From NCBI GenBank assembly GCA_041648575.1, contig JBAZOT010000006.1, forward strand, positions 11,893-75,892: 64,000 nt of DNA, given 5' to 3'. Numbering within the stretch: position 1 is the first letter of the stretch; every line of letters begins with the position of its first letter. The notes under the pieces were generated by a model, which was not told the origin of the DNA, did not search any database, and worked only from the letters and a program-made list of their open reading frames with translations. This stretch comes from Patescibacteria group bacterium (GTDB lineage: Bacteria > Patescibacteriota > Patescibacteriia > Veblenbacterales > UBA10138). Positions 37,817 through 47,019 of the stretch are shown piece by piece. The translations under genes and the position numbers were made by a program.

Positions 37817-38389
37817 TTAAGTATTTTGTTCACCAGTCGTTGCTTCACCGGTTGGCATTCTTTGTTCTAATAATTGTTCCAGACTCTCGGGTGTATGCAA
37901 ACGATCATAATCTGGTAATTTTTTAATATCAGTCAAACCCAGGAAACGCAAAAAATCTACAGTTACTTGGTAAATCGGCACTACCCCGTTTTCTAACTGT
38001 TCCACTAAACCGCGAATCTGCAGGTTACGTAATATTAAGCTGCAGTTTACTCCCCTAATCTGCTCTAATTCTGATTTAGCAATCGGCCCGCGATAAGCAA
38101 TAACTGATAACGCCTCTAACTGCGGCCGGGTTAACTCACTTAATTCTTCTTTTTTTAAAAAATCGCGAATTAATTTAGTGTGTTCCGGACTAGTTACCAG
38201 CTCCACTTCTTGACCCTGCTGTACTATTTTTAATCCACTCCCCTCACCAAAACGCTGTATTAACTCATCTAAAGCTTGCTTCACCTGTTCTACCTCGCAG
38301 GTTATAATTTCTGCCAACTTTTTAATTGACAAGGGTTTGGCAGCAGCAAATAAAATACTTTCTAATTGTCCGGTGATGTTAGTTTTCAT
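37817..38389 (-). CDS. scpB: Segregation and condensation protein B
   Basis: LESILFAAAKPLSIKKLAEI ... LSELTRPQLEALSVIAYRGPIAKSELEQIRGV..ILRNL (tandem winged-helix ScpB signatures). Confidence 0.85.
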   Translation of the reverse strand: MKTNITGQLESILFAAAKPLSIKKLAEIITCEVEQVKQALDELIQRFGEGSGLKIVQQGQEVELVTSPEHTKLIRDFLKKEELSELTRPQLEALSVIAYRGPIAKSELEQIRGVNCSLILRNLQIRGLVEQLENGVVPIYQVTVDFLRFLGLTDIKKLPDYDRLHTPESLEQLLEQRMPTGEATTGEQNT

Positions 38390-39089
38390 GGTGTAACGAA
38401 GTTATGCTTATATCTTGAAATAATTCAGCTTGTTTAACAATTATTTCCCGCTGTTTAACCAATTCCAATAAAGCAAGAAATGACACTATTAATTCTGTTT
38501 TATCTTTGGCTTCAGCCACAAAAGTATACCAATTTAAATGCGCTTTAGCTAGTATTTTCCTTTTTAAATCCTGAATTTTTTCATTAATTGAAATGGCCTT
38601 GGTCAAGGTAATTTGAGGCAATTTAATAATCGGCTCTAATTTCTTTAATACCACTTCCCAAACCTGCTTAAGCGTAGCACTGGTTAAACCGTGGGGCGGA
38701 GTAAATTTCGGCTCGTCTTTTAAAATTAATGGTTTGTCGCGGCCATACATCACCTGCTGGCGATTCCACATACGATTTACAACCTTAGATGCTTCTAAAA
38801 ATTCTTTGTATATCTTTAACTGCCGCTCCAGTTCTTGCTCTTCCTCTTCACCGCCCAAATGCAGCATTGGCAGCAGCACGCGCGATTTGATTAATAATAA
38901 TTTTGATGCCACTACTAAAAAATCCGCCACTTCATCAGGATTTAAATCAGTAGCTTGCTGAAAATACTTAATGTATTGTTCCGTTACCTGCGCCAAACTC
39001 ACTTCGGTAATATCAAGCTTTTCCTGCTCAATTAATTGCAGCAGAACGTCAAGAGGCCCTTGAAATTTTTCTATATTAATTTCGTGCAC
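38379..39089 (-). CDS. scpA: Segregation and condensation protein A (kleisin)
   Basis: FQGPLDVLLQLIEQEKLDITEVSLAQVTEQYI N-terminal ScpA motif. Overlaps scpB by 11 bp as is typical. Confidence 0.85.
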   Translation of the reverse strand: MHEINIEKFQGPLDVLLQLIEQEKLDITEVSLAQVTEQYIKYFQQATDLNPDEVADFLVVASKLLLIKSRVLLPMLHLGGEEEEQELERQLKIYKEFLEASKVVNRMWNRQQVMYGRDKPLILKDEPKFTPPHGLTSATLKQVWEVVLKKLEPIIKLPQITLTKAISINEKIQDLKRKILAKAHLNWYTFVAEAKDKTELIVSFLALLELVKQREIIVKQAELFQDISITSLHHEN

Positions 39090-39182
39090 AATAAAAATTT
39101 AAAATTAAAAAACTTATTACCTTTCATACCGCTATCGCGGAATAATATTAAAAATACAAAAAAGCGTAGCAGGAGTGGGGTT

Positions 39183-39231
39183 GTTAGGGGTAGGGGACGG
39201 CCTTCGCAATTCTAAGTCCTCTACCCCTAAC
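39183..39231. repeat. Palindromic element GTTAGGGGTAG...CTACCCCTAAC (copy 1 of 2)
   Basis: 11-bp perfect stem with a 27-nt loop containing TTCGCAA. Second copy at 62439-62486 with the loop containing TTGCGAA. Confidence 0.5.
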
Positions 39232-39242
39232 AAAAAAGAAAA

Positions 39243-39710
39243 TTATTTCTTCTTCGCAAAATTAACCAACTTCCCTCCCACTGCTTTAACCAAATCTTTG
39301 GCTTTTAAATGCAGTGACTCTTCAAAACTGCCAGCTTGTGCTACCACTTTTTGCGTTTTTAAAACTGCCTTATCTACATAAACTGGAATTTTGTGCAATG
39401 GCCCGTGCATGGCAGAAATCGCACCCGGTTTAACTTTAAATAACTTGGTCATTATATTTTCCTTATCAATCTCAACCTTCTTGGCGCCAGTTTCCTTTTT
39501 CAAAGCTTTAAAATCAACTTGGTGCGACGCTGGCAATAAAACAATTGCATGTTCTTTATCGGTCTTAACCACCAATGCTTTTACCACTTCATTTAATTTC
39601 TTTTTTAAAGTCTGCGCTAAATCATAAGCTGTATAAACGGTTTTGTGTTTAACTACGTCGTATTTAATTTTATTTTTGTTTAGGAAATTTTTGACTTTAG
39701 CTGGAATCAT
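39243..39710 (-). CDS. YbaK/ProX-like aminoacyl-tRNA deacylase-domain protein
   Basis: 155 aa, K-rich, ...VVKTDKEHAIVLLPASHQVDFKALKK...GAISAMHGPLHKIPVYVDKAVL consistent with the YbaK fold pattern. Moderate confidence. Confidence 0.5.
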   Translation of the reverse strand: MIPAKVKNFLNKNKIKYDVVKHKTVYTAYDLAQTLKKKLNEVVKALVVKTDKEHAIVLLPASHQVDFKALKKETGAKKVEIDKENIMTKLFKVKPGAISAMHGPLHKIPVYVDKAVLKTQKVVAQAGSFEESLHLKAKDLVKAVGGKLVNFAKKK

Positions 39711-39743
39711 ATGATTTTGAATTAAGAATTAATACATTAAAAT

Positions 39744-39830
39744 TTATTTTGGATTTTGATTTAAATTTTGCATTATTATCGCTTCTTTCCCCTCCTTATT
39801 TATAGCTTCATTAATAAAAATACGGTTCAT
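39744..39830 (-). CDS. 28-aa upstream ORF that is a copy of the aspS N-terminus (MNRIFINEAINKEGKEAIIMQNLNQNPK), ending 34 bp before ybaK-like
   Basis: Nucleotide block CCTTATTTATAGCTTCATTAATAAAAATACGGTTCAT matches the true aspS start at 44191-44227. It falls in the intergenic gap between the ybaK-like gene and the lipoprotein gene at 39834. Confidence 0.4.
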   Translation of the reverse strand: MNRIFINEAINKEGKEAIIMQNLNQNPK

Positions 39831-39833
39831 AAA

Positions 39834-40886
39834 TTATTTATCAAAAAATTTAATATCTCTTGCTATCTCATCGACTATTGCTTCATATTCTTTACTACCA
39901 AACCACGAAACTCCATAGACATAACTATCTTGGAAAATATAAATTATGCCTCTGGTATAATCATAAAAATTATCCCAAGTAATCCTATATGCCTCGTGAT
40001 TATCAATAGGGCTTAGGCTCACTCTTTCCTTGACGGTTGGCATCGGCGGAACACTATCCTTTTCCTCAGCAGAAATATCTCCCTCTATTTCTTTCATTAT
40101 AAAATTATCAACCGACAAACCAATTCTATCAATTACTCCGAAATTCAAAGATGGCTGCCACAATTCGTTATCTACAAATTCTTGTTCACAAACTCTAACT
40201 GACATTAAAGCACTACCCCAACCTCCGGGACCACAATCTAAAAACTTTGTTGGGTATTTTAATTCAAACCCATATTCCTCATTCCGATAAGTTTTCCAGG
40301 TGGGGATATCGATTATTGATGTCAAACTCGGCTCAATGAATTTGAAGGTGGAGAGGATTTGATTAAAAATGTCATCATACTTTCTATCAAGTCTGAAACC
40401 AAAATATAAAGTTGCTTTATAGTCACCTTGCACGATGTAGGCTAAATACTGCTCAGAACCGGGCGCACGCGTCTGCACCACCACCTCACCATTTTTTGTA
40501 CTAACCGTTCGAAGAGTTTCGTAAGTAAACCAAACAGGAAGAGACGACGCCGACTCCTTTTGATTCTTATAATTAATGACAAAAATAGTAATGCCGCCTT
40601 CTATGGGTATTTGTAATTCTGGTTGGAGAGAAGGAGCTAAATAAACTCCGTTATTTATTAATTTCAGATACCACAGCGAGGGATACTCAAACTCAAACCC
40701 ATATTGCTCATTACGGTAGGTTTGCCAAGTGGCGGTATCAAGGGTATTATCGGTTATAATCGGCTGTTCAATAATTTGATTCTGCTTTTCCAAAAGCACA
40801 CTACAGCCCGCAGTTATAAACAAAACAAACAATATAGCAATAATTGTAATGATTGATGAATTGAGATAATGATTTTTCATATTCAT
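39834..40886 (-). CDS. Lipoprotein, YRNEQYGF-repeat family (paralog 1, two repeats)
   Basis: Signal peptide plus lipobox ITAGCS. WQTYRNEQYGFEFEYPSLW and WKTYRNEEYGFELKYPTKF modules. Confidence 0.5.
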   Translation of the reverse strand: MNMKNHYLNSSIITIIAILFVLFITAGCSVLLEKQNQIIEQPIITDNTLDTATWQTYRNEQYGFEFEYPSLWYLKLINNGVYLAPSLQPELQIPIEGGITIFVINYKNQKESASSLPVWFTYETLRTVSTKNGEVVVQTRAPGSEQYLAYIVQGDYKATLYFGFRLDRKYDDIFNQILSTFKFIEPSLTSIIDIPTWKTYRNEEYGFELKYPTKFLDCGPGGWGSALMSVRVCEQEFVDNELWQPSLNFGVIDRIGLSVDNFIMKEIEGDISAEEKDSVPPMPTVKERVSLSPIDNHEAYRITWDNFYDYTRGIIYIFQDSYVYGVSWFGSKEYEAIVDEIARDIKFFDK

Positions 40887-40942
40887 AGTTTTCTATTTAG
40901 GCAAGTAAGAAAGTAGTTAACGAATGCAAGCGCTCGAACCAC

Positions 40943-41266
40943 TTAATTTTTCATTTTAGATTTTGAATTTATTTTAAACGGTAATGCTTGCTGCTCACCT
41001 AACAATTTGCGCGCAACGCGCCGGCCTTTGGCTGTTAATTTTACTTCTTTAATATACCATTTATGCGTTGTCCTTTCACCAAAACCAACCATCAACTCTT
41101 TATCAATTAAACTTTCTAAACTTTTAGTTATAATACTTACAATATCATCTTTTTTAGGTCTTTTCTTTTGAACATCATAAAATCGCGTGAAACCTTTACG
41201 GCTAACCTTAGGTTGTCGGGAGTAACATGTACGCAGGATGTATTTTTGTAATGGAGAAAGTCTCAT
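40943..41266 (-). CDS. Small basic hypothetical protein
   Basis: 107-aa K/R-rich ORF. No motif recognised. Confidence 0.3.
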   Translation of the reverse strand: MRLSPLQKYILRTCYSRQPKVSRKGFTRFYDVQKKRPKKDDIVSIITKSLESLIDKELMVGFGERTTHKWYIKEVKLTAKGRRVARKLLGEQQALPFKINSKSKMKN

Positions 41267-41483
41267 AGTTAGTTCCTAGTTCCTCGTTCCTGGCCATTAG
41301 CCAAACTTTGGCCTAGTTTATTTAACATTCTCATATTTAAAATATAAAGTATTCAGACTTGCCGCTATTACGAAGGGTTAGTGCGGCATATCCACCCACC
41401 GGCTCGCCTCGCTGCGAAGCAGGTAGGCAGATTAAATTTTGCATTATTACGGCTTCTTTAATATAAACACGTTTCATATTTTT

Positions 41484-41759
41484 TTATTCGCGCGAATTAG
41501 AAATGGTCGGAAGTAGTAATTTAACTACTAATGGGAGAGAATCGGAAAGGTGATAGTACACAGTCAAGCTTTCTTGGCGCCGATCAATGATATCAAGGTT
41601 ATGTAAAAGACTAAGGTGTTTGGAGGTAGAGGTAAACGACAGACGAATGTGGTCAGCGATACTGGCAACTGGCAACTCCTTGTGGCGAGTAAGTAGCTTA
41701 ATAATCGCCAGCCTCCGACGATTTGCTAACCCTTTTAATATTCTTTCTAATTGTTTCAT
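41484..41759 (-). CDS. ArsR-family winged-helix transcriptional regulator
   Basis: LANRRRLAIIKLL...PVASIADHIRLSFTSTSKHLSLLHNLDII. Flanked on both sides by the palindrome TTCTAATTCGCGCGAATTAGAA (about 41493-41512 and 41790-41812). Confidence 0.7.
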   Translation of the reverse strand: MKQLERILKGLANRRRLAIIKLLTRHKELPVASIADHIRLSFTSTSKHLSLLHNLDIIDRRQESLTVYYHLSDSLPLVVKLLLPTISNSRE

Positions 41760-41832
41760 AAATACTGCTAATATTATATCATACTTTCTAATTCGCGCGA
41801 ATTAGAAAGTATACTTGTATAATAATAATTCT

Positions 41833-41910
41833 GTCACACATACACCCAACCTTTGAGCAAAATTTCTTTGCTCTTTTTATTTATAGCTTCGTTAATAAAA
41901 ATACGGTTCA
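41833..41910 (-). CDS. 25-aa ORF copying the aspS N-terminus (MNRIFINEAINKKSKEILLKGWVYV)
   Basis: Same conserved nucleotide block, in the gap between the lipoprotein paralog 2 stop and the ArsR-like gene. Confidence 0.35.
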
Positions 41911-41919
41911 TAATGAATG

Positions 41920-42687
41920 TTAATTATTTTGACAATCTTCAGGACAATTAAGAGGGCCGCAGTCGGTAGTGGCTATACCGCCACCAACATTCGAGGGAAC
42001 GCATCTTTCGTAATCTTCACAAACGTCATCACCGCAAACCGCGCATTGTTCTGTTATAACACCATTGCGCTCATAGTTGCCACAACGACTATCTGAGCTA
42101 TTACTCGGCTCAATGAATTTGAAGGTGGAGAGAAAAATTTTAAATTCATCTTCAATGCCCGTATCATAACCACTAGCAAAAATAAAATATTGGTTAGTAC
42201 CTTGATTTACTTGCGCTTCCAAATAAATTCGCCCCCGATTATACTCTTCTGTACTCTTTGCAGAGGTTAAGACCACCTTAATACCACCAACTTCAATCTG
42301 TTCAGGCAACTTATATTGAACTGACTCTTCTTGGGGCCCGTTAACCATAATGGGATTAATATTAATACCGAAGAAGGTGTCGGTATTAGAAAGACCAATG
42401 GGGTGCCAAAAAATACTATCATTCTCATCAAAATCCTTTACAAAACTATTCGGATACTTCACCTTAAATCCATACTGCTCATTACGGTAAGTTTTCCAAT
42501 CCGTTGTATCAGTTGAACTAATTGGATTGAGTTGATTCCGTTGATTTAAATCTACTTGCTTTTGCAAAATCACCGCACAACCAGCAGCTATGAGCAAAAC
42601 AAAGACTATGGTTATGGTGGCAATAAAGGATGAAGTAAAGAGATATTTTCTTAGATTCATATAATTAGCGCTCTTTCTGGTTGTCAT
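41920..42687 (-). CDS. Lipoprotein, YRNEQYGF-repeat family (paralog 2) with Cys-rich C-terminus
   Basis: Lipobox IAAGCA, WKTYRNEQYGFKVKYPNSF module, C-terminal CAVCGDDVCEDYERCV...CPEDCQNN. Confidence 0.5.
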   Translation of the reverse strand: MTTRKSANYMNLRKYLFTSSFIATITIVFVLLIAAGCAVILQKQVDLNQRNQLNPISSTDTTDWKTYRNEQYGFKVKYPNSFVKDFDENDSIFWHPIGLSNTDTFFGININPIMVNGPQEESVQYKLPEQIEVGGIKVVLTSAKSTEEYNRGRIYLEAQVNQGTNQYFIFASGYDTGIEDEFKIFLSTFKFIEPSNSSDSRCGNYERNGVITEQCAVCGDDVCEDYERCVPSNVGGGIATTDCGPLNCPEDCQNN

Positions 42688-42750
42688 TCCGGATTTAGTC
42701 CGGAATCTAGAAATTTTTTCTAGATCTTGAAACCAGTTCAGGATGACAAT
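42682..42750. mobile_element. MITE-like element with TGTCATTCC...GGATGACA inverted ends, between aspS and lipoprotein paralog 2
   Basis: Nested hairpins TTCCGGA-TTTAG-TCCGGAA and TCTAGAAA-TTTT-TTCTAGA. Homologous copy at 46881-46960 between asnS and paralog 3. Confidence 0.5.
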
Positions 42751-42796
42751 CCAATTATAAATTTAAATGTAAAAATCAAAATTAAAAATTAATTTT

Positions 42797-44227
42797 TCAT
42801 TTTGTTTTTTGATTTTTTAATTCTAGCCCCAATTCATCTAATTGCCCCTGAGTTACTTCTGACGGTGCACCCATTAAAGGGTCACGGACATCGCCAGTTA
42901 AGGGAAAGGCAATTACTTCGCGAATATTTTTCTCCCCTACTAAAACCGCTATCAGGCGATCCAAACCTGGAGCAACCCCCCCATGTGGCGGCACGCCGTA
43001 TCGGAACGCTTCAATTAAATGGCTGAATTGCTGTTTTTGCTCAACTGTAAAACCAATTAAATCCCAAATTTTTTCCTGAACCAGAGAATCGTGAATTCTA
43101 ATACTACCGCCACCCACCTCATAACCATTAAGCACTAAATCATGCTGATACGAATGTGCTTTTCCCGGATCAGAATCCAACAGCGGCAAATCCTCTTCTT
43201 TGGGCGCAGTAAACATATGATGCGACGGCGCCCACTGACTTTTTCCAGAACCATGAAAAAAATCTTCCTGAGTTTGTTTAGTAAACAATGGAAAATCAAC
43301 TACCCAGGTAAAAGCCAACTCGCTAGGATCGTTTTTATCTTTTCTTAAATCCGGCTTATCTGTGTCATACTTAGTCATTACTTCATCCCATTTTAACCGC
43401 GGCCACGGTGTAAAAGTAATTTTTTTATCTGGCAATAATTTTTTAACTAACGAAGTAAACATTTCTTCTGTCAGCTGTAAAATTTCCTCTTGGGTAACAA
43501 ACGACATTTCCATATCAATTTGATAAAATTCGCCTGGGGATCGGTCCGCTCGCGCATCTTCGTCTCTAAAGCACGGCGCAATTTGAAAATATCTTTCTAT
43601 ACCCGCCACCATTAATAATTGTTTGTATTGTTGGGGGCTTTGAGGTAAGGCAAAAAACTTTCCCTGATGCACTCGTGATGGTACTAAATAATCGCGCGCA
43701 CCCTCGGGTGTAGATTTAGATAACATCGGGGTTTGGATATATGTAAAACCGCGGTCGGTTAAATAATCAATTACATATTTAATTACATTGGAACGTAATT
43801 TTATATTGCATGCCATGCGCTGGTGGCGCAAATCAAGATAACGATATTTAAGCCGCAGTTCTTCTGAAGCTTGCCTTTCTTCATTATCAATTTCAAATGG
43901 TGGGGTTTCAGATTCGCTGATAATTTCAACAGATGAAGCCAATACTTCTACTTTACCACTTGGTAAATTAGGATTTTCATTGCCCTTTTTCCTAACTTGT
44001 ACTTTTCCTTTTATCGCCAAAACAAACTCGGGGCGAATTTTGGGCATAGCTTCACGACCCACATCATCCAATTCTGCTGGAGCTAACACCACTTGCATCA
44101 AGCCCGTCATATCGCGCAAATCAATAAAGGCAATTTTACCCATATTCCGTCGAGCGTTCACCCAGCCTTTAAGTAAAATCTCTTTACCCTCCTTATTTAT
44201 AGCGTCGTTAATAAAAATTCGGTTCAT
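42797..44227 (-). CDS. aspS: Aspartyl-tRNA synthetase
   Basis: Class II aaRS: N-terminal OB (KEILLKGWVNARRNMGKIAFIDLRD), motif 2 FRDEDARADRSPGEFYQIDMEMSF, motif 3 GGGSIRIHD...GVAPGLDRL. 476 aa (short, non-discriminating-type length). Confidence 0.9.
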   Translation of the reverse strand: MNRIFINDAINKEGKEILLKGWVNARRNMGKIAFIDLRDMTGLMQVVLAPAELDDVGREAMPKIRPEFVLAIKGKVQVRKKGNENPNLPSGKVEVLASSVEIISESETPPFEIDNEERQASEELRLKYRYLDLRHQRMACNIKLRSNVIKYVIDYLTDRGFTYIQTPMLSKSTPEGARDYLVPSRVHQGKFFALPQSPQQYKQLLMVAGIERYFQIAPCFRDEDARADRSPGEFYQIDMEMSFVTQEEILQLTEEMFTSLVKKLLPDKKITFTPWPRLKWDEVMTKYDTDKPDLRKDKNDPSELAFTWVVDFPLFTKQTQEDFFHGSGKSQWAPSHHMFTAPKEEDLPLLDSDPGKAHSYQHDLVLNGYEVGGGSIRIHDSLVQEKIWDLIGFTVEQKQQFSHLIEAFRYGVPPHGGVAPGLDRLIAVLVGEKNIREVIAFPLTGDVRDPLMGAPSEVTQGQLDELGLELKNQKTK

Positions 44228-44232
44228 AAATA

Positions 44233-44721
44233 TTATTTAGTTATGGAACTACTTATTCTTCTTCGTTTCCCATACCAACCTATAACAGCAGTACCTGCAA
44301 GTACACCCACGCCAACTAGACTATAAAGTATTGTATTAGACCTTGTACTTTGGGTAGGGCCATTTCCCGACGGACAATATTGTGGCCTTCCTTCACGGGG
44401 TTTACACGTGTAGTTCAAAGTAACCTCTTTATAACCCGAAGGACACTTTTGGCTATCAGTAGATTTCCACGTCCATGGTTTATCGCACTGAGTACATTCA
44501 TCTCCTTCAGAAAACCAGGCACACTCTTTTGTTAAATTATTAACAATATACTGAATTTGTGCAGTAGTACCATATGTTATCCGCGGAATAATTAACAATG
44601 ACGAAACCAGAACGGCAAAAGAAATGAATTTACATATGCGCGACTGACCCTTATTTATAGCTTCGGTAATAAAAATACGATTCATAAATAGTTTAATAAA
44701 GTTTAATCCAATACTTGACAA
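44233..44721 (-). CDS. Cys-rich membrane/secreted protein whose 5' end contains an in-frame copy of the aspS N-terminus (MNRIFITEAINKGQSR)
   Basis: Internal Met at 44685 starts the aspS-like block, followed by a signal-like helix (ICKFISFAVLVSSLLIIP), 8 Cys and a C-terminal TM (LVGVGVLAGTAVIGWYG). Confidence 0.4.
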   Translation of the reverse strand: MSSIGLNFIKLFMNRIFITEAINKGQSRICKFISFAVLVSSLLIIPRITYGTTAQIQYIVNNLTKECAWFSEGDECTQCDKPWTWKSTDSQKCPSGYKEVTLNYTCKPREGRPQYCPSGNGPTQSTRSNTILYSLVGVGVLAGTAVIGWYGKRRRISSSITK

Positions 44722-44775
44722 CCCTATACACTATGCTACTATATTAGTATCACTATGAAAAAGACCCTGATAAGG

Positions 44776-45282
44776 TTAGTCCTTATTGGGGGCTTTTTCT
44801 ATTACTTTCCGAATTTCTAGTTTAGCACGCTGGGTGGCAAGATATACTATCGGGATATTAAGTTTACGCAGCAAAAAAGAGCATTTCATATTAGGCGATA
44901 CCAAACAACGAAATGTACCGCGCTCTTTAAGAAACTTTACCAACCCAGCATAATCCCCATCGCTTGATACTAATACTGCTTGCTCAAATCGTTTCTCATA
45001 AAAATCCGTCGTAACTTTAAGCACCAACTCAGCATCACAATTGCCTTTTACTCTGCCAGCACCATCATAAGTTACCTCTTTATACACCAAAGTATAGCCA
45101 GCTTCTTGTAAACTAGTGTACAAATCTTTATTCTGTGAAATTAATCCAATAAACAAATAAACCGTGTCTACGCCGTATTTATCATTGAGCCAGACTCTAA
45201 AACGCGCATAATCCAAACCCCAACCAAGGTCATGAACACCTTTGTGCAAATTAGCAGCGTCTATGTAAGCGTTTACTTTCAT
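44776..45282 (-). CDS. NYN/LabA-like domain protein (putative RNase)
   Basis: MKVNAYIDAANLHKG...VYLFIG...VLVSSDGDYAGLV (NYN acidic residues pattern). 168 aa. Confidence 0.65.
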   Translation of the reverse strand: MKVNAYIDAANLHKGVHDLGWGLDYARFRVWLNDKYGVDTVYLFIGLISQNKDLYTSLQEAGYTLVYKEVTYDGAGRVKGNCDAELVLKVTTDFYEKRFEQAVLVSSDGDYAGLVKFLKERGTFRCLVSPNMKCSFLLRKLNIPIVYLATQRAKLEIRKVIEKAPNKD

Positions 45283-45288
45283 AATTAA

Positions 45289-45369
45289 TTAACTTGCATT
45301 CACCCAGCCCTTGAGTAAAGCCTCTTTCCCTTCCTTATTTATAGCTTCGTTAATAAAAATGCGTTTCAT
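45289..45369 (-). CDS. 26-aa upstream ORF copying the aspS N-terminus (MKRIFINEAINKEGKEALLKGWVNAS), ending 7 bp before the NYN gene
   Basis: Conserved block CCTTATTTATAGCTTCGTTAATAAAAATGCGTTTCAT. Confidence 0.4.
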   Translation of the reverse strand: MKRIFINEAINKEGKEALLKGWVNAS

Positions 45370-45377
45370 AAATAATG

Positions 45378-46811
45378 TTAGTTAGCTGGTGACCGGACTG
45401 GCTTAAATATTGGCTCTACTAATTTTACTAGTGGCGCGTTTTGCAGTTTACAAATCCATCCTAACTCTTGTCCTTGAGGTGTACTCACAACGACACCATA
45501 AGCTGGACCTCCTGGCATATAAATGGACGAATACGATAACCCCAGCGAGTCTAGCCATACCCGAGCAGAAGCTTCAGTAGTTCCGTCTTTAAATGAAACC
45601 TGTAGCTTACCTGGCTCGTATACTTTCGTAAAGCCATCAGGTGTTGTAACGTCAAAATTGACATACCGTTTTTTCCATTCATTTATACAGGCCGATATAT
45701 CTGGAGTAGAAGAGTTAGAGCTCGTTTCATCAATAAATTGGACAATTTTACAAGCACCTACAGCACATTTAGTGGGAAAGTACTGAATACAGCTCTCCGC
45801 AGTCGGGGGCGGTAACTCCGGACATGCGACTCCTGGGGTTAGCTGTTTTTTGAGTTGCACCTGCTTGGCGCGCTCTTGATTATAAGCTGGCAGGTAACTT
45901 CGATTAATTGCATTAGTTGGACAATTATTTTGGCACACATCGTTGAGTGCGTAAACCGCCGTGCAGTCACTGTCCTGTGTACACTGATACCAGCCTGCAT
46001 TGCTGGCACTTGTAAGTGGCTCAATAAATTTGAAGGTGGAGAGGATTTGGTTATAAATTTTTTGATATTTCTCAAGTTCATTTCCTGAGGGACCACTTCC
46101 ATATGTGCTAGAAAGTTTCCCATCAATATAATTTCTTGTACCTCCGTCGAAAATGATCGAATATTGTTTCCCATTTTTTACAAAGCTGGTTTGAGTGCAT
46201 TCTTCTGACCAACAACCAATACTCAAGTCTCCCTTAAGTTTATATTGGGACGCTTGTTCTCCTGCCACTGAAAGTATTTTTTCAGCACTAGCTAGCGTTC
46301 CGTATTGCCATCCAGGATTATCTATTACAACAGATACGTTATAAAAATATTTGTTCGTAACTTTAGAGTTGGGAATGGCCACCCCAGCTGTTTCCGCGCT
46401 CTCAAACTCGGCATATATATCTCCAGAATCAGAATTGATAATTTTCCATTCAGATGGATACTTCACCTCAAACCCATACTGCTCATTGCGGTAGGTTTGC
46501 CAGATGGAAGTATCAACATCGGCATTTTCTTCCATTGGCTGCCATCCACTCCTAAAACCCCTACCACACACCTCTTCAAAAGTTTTACCCTCTGGAATAA
46601 CATCACACATAGCAATACCACATGACTTACCGGTTGCCTGCTCACACTCTTCCTGAGATAAATATGTTTGCGGTGCTATACGCACGGCGTCGGGTGACTC
46701 TTTATTTTGATACTGCTTTTCCAAAAGCACGCTACAGCCAGCGGCTATGAATAAAATAAACAACACAGCAATAACTGTGATGACTGATGAATTGAGATAA
46801 TGGTTTTTCAT
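45378..46811 (-). CDS. Lipoprotein, YRNEQYGF-repeat family (paralog 3), Cys-rich
   Basis: Lipobox IAAGCS, WQTYRNEQYGFEVKYPSEW, more than 20 Cys. 477 aa. Confidence 0.5.
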   Translation of the reverse strand: MKNHYLNSSVITVIAVLFILFIAAGCSVLLEKQYQNKESPDAVRIAPQTYLSQEECEQATGKSCGIAMCDVIPEGKTFEEVCGRGFRSGWQPMEENADVDTSIWQTYRNEQYGFEVKYPSEWKIINSDSGDIYAEFESAETAGVAIPNSKVTNKYFYNVSVVIDNPGWQYGTLASAEKILSVAGEQASQYKLKGDLSIGCWSEECTQTSFVKNGKQYSIIFDGGTRNYIDGKLSSTYGSGPSGNELEKYQKIYNQILSTFKFIEPLTSASNAGWYQCTQDSDCTAVYALNDVCQNNCPTNAINRSYLPAYNQERAKQVQLKKQLTPGVACPELPPPTAESCIQYFPTKCAVGACKIVQFIDETSSNSSTPDISACINEWKKRYVNFDVTTPDGFTKVYEPGKLQVSFKDGTTEASARVWLDSLGLSYSSIYMPGGPAYGVVVSTPQGQELGWICKLQNAPLVKLVEPIFKPVRSPAN

Positions 46812-46880
46812 ATTGATAGTTTCCTATTTAGGCAAGTAAGAAAGTATTTTATTACTATTTGTTAAGAGTTGTCTTTTTGG

Positions 46881-46960
46881 TGTCATTCCGAATTTATTTC
46901 GGAATCTTGAAAAAATTATCTGGTTTGTTTCTAGATCCTGAAACAAGTTCAGGATGACAG
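46881..46960. mobile_element. MITE-like element (second copy), followed at about 46985-47005 by a partial GCTCGCAATGAC-type TIR
   Basis: TGTCATTCCGAATTTATTTCGGAA...GTTCAGGATGACA. Same position relative to an aaRS gene as copy 1. Confidence 0.5.
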
Positions 46961-47019
46961 TGAAACGAGATTGCTTCGTCTCCGCCGGTTGGCGGATCCT
47001 CGCAATGACAATTTAATAA

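Noticed and set aside
37798-37848. N-terminal 17 codons of the ORF-track tpiA model
   Set aside because: They overlap the scpB 3' end by 30 bp. The internal MPKFNKQPIILANWKMN start gives a canonical TIM N-terminus.
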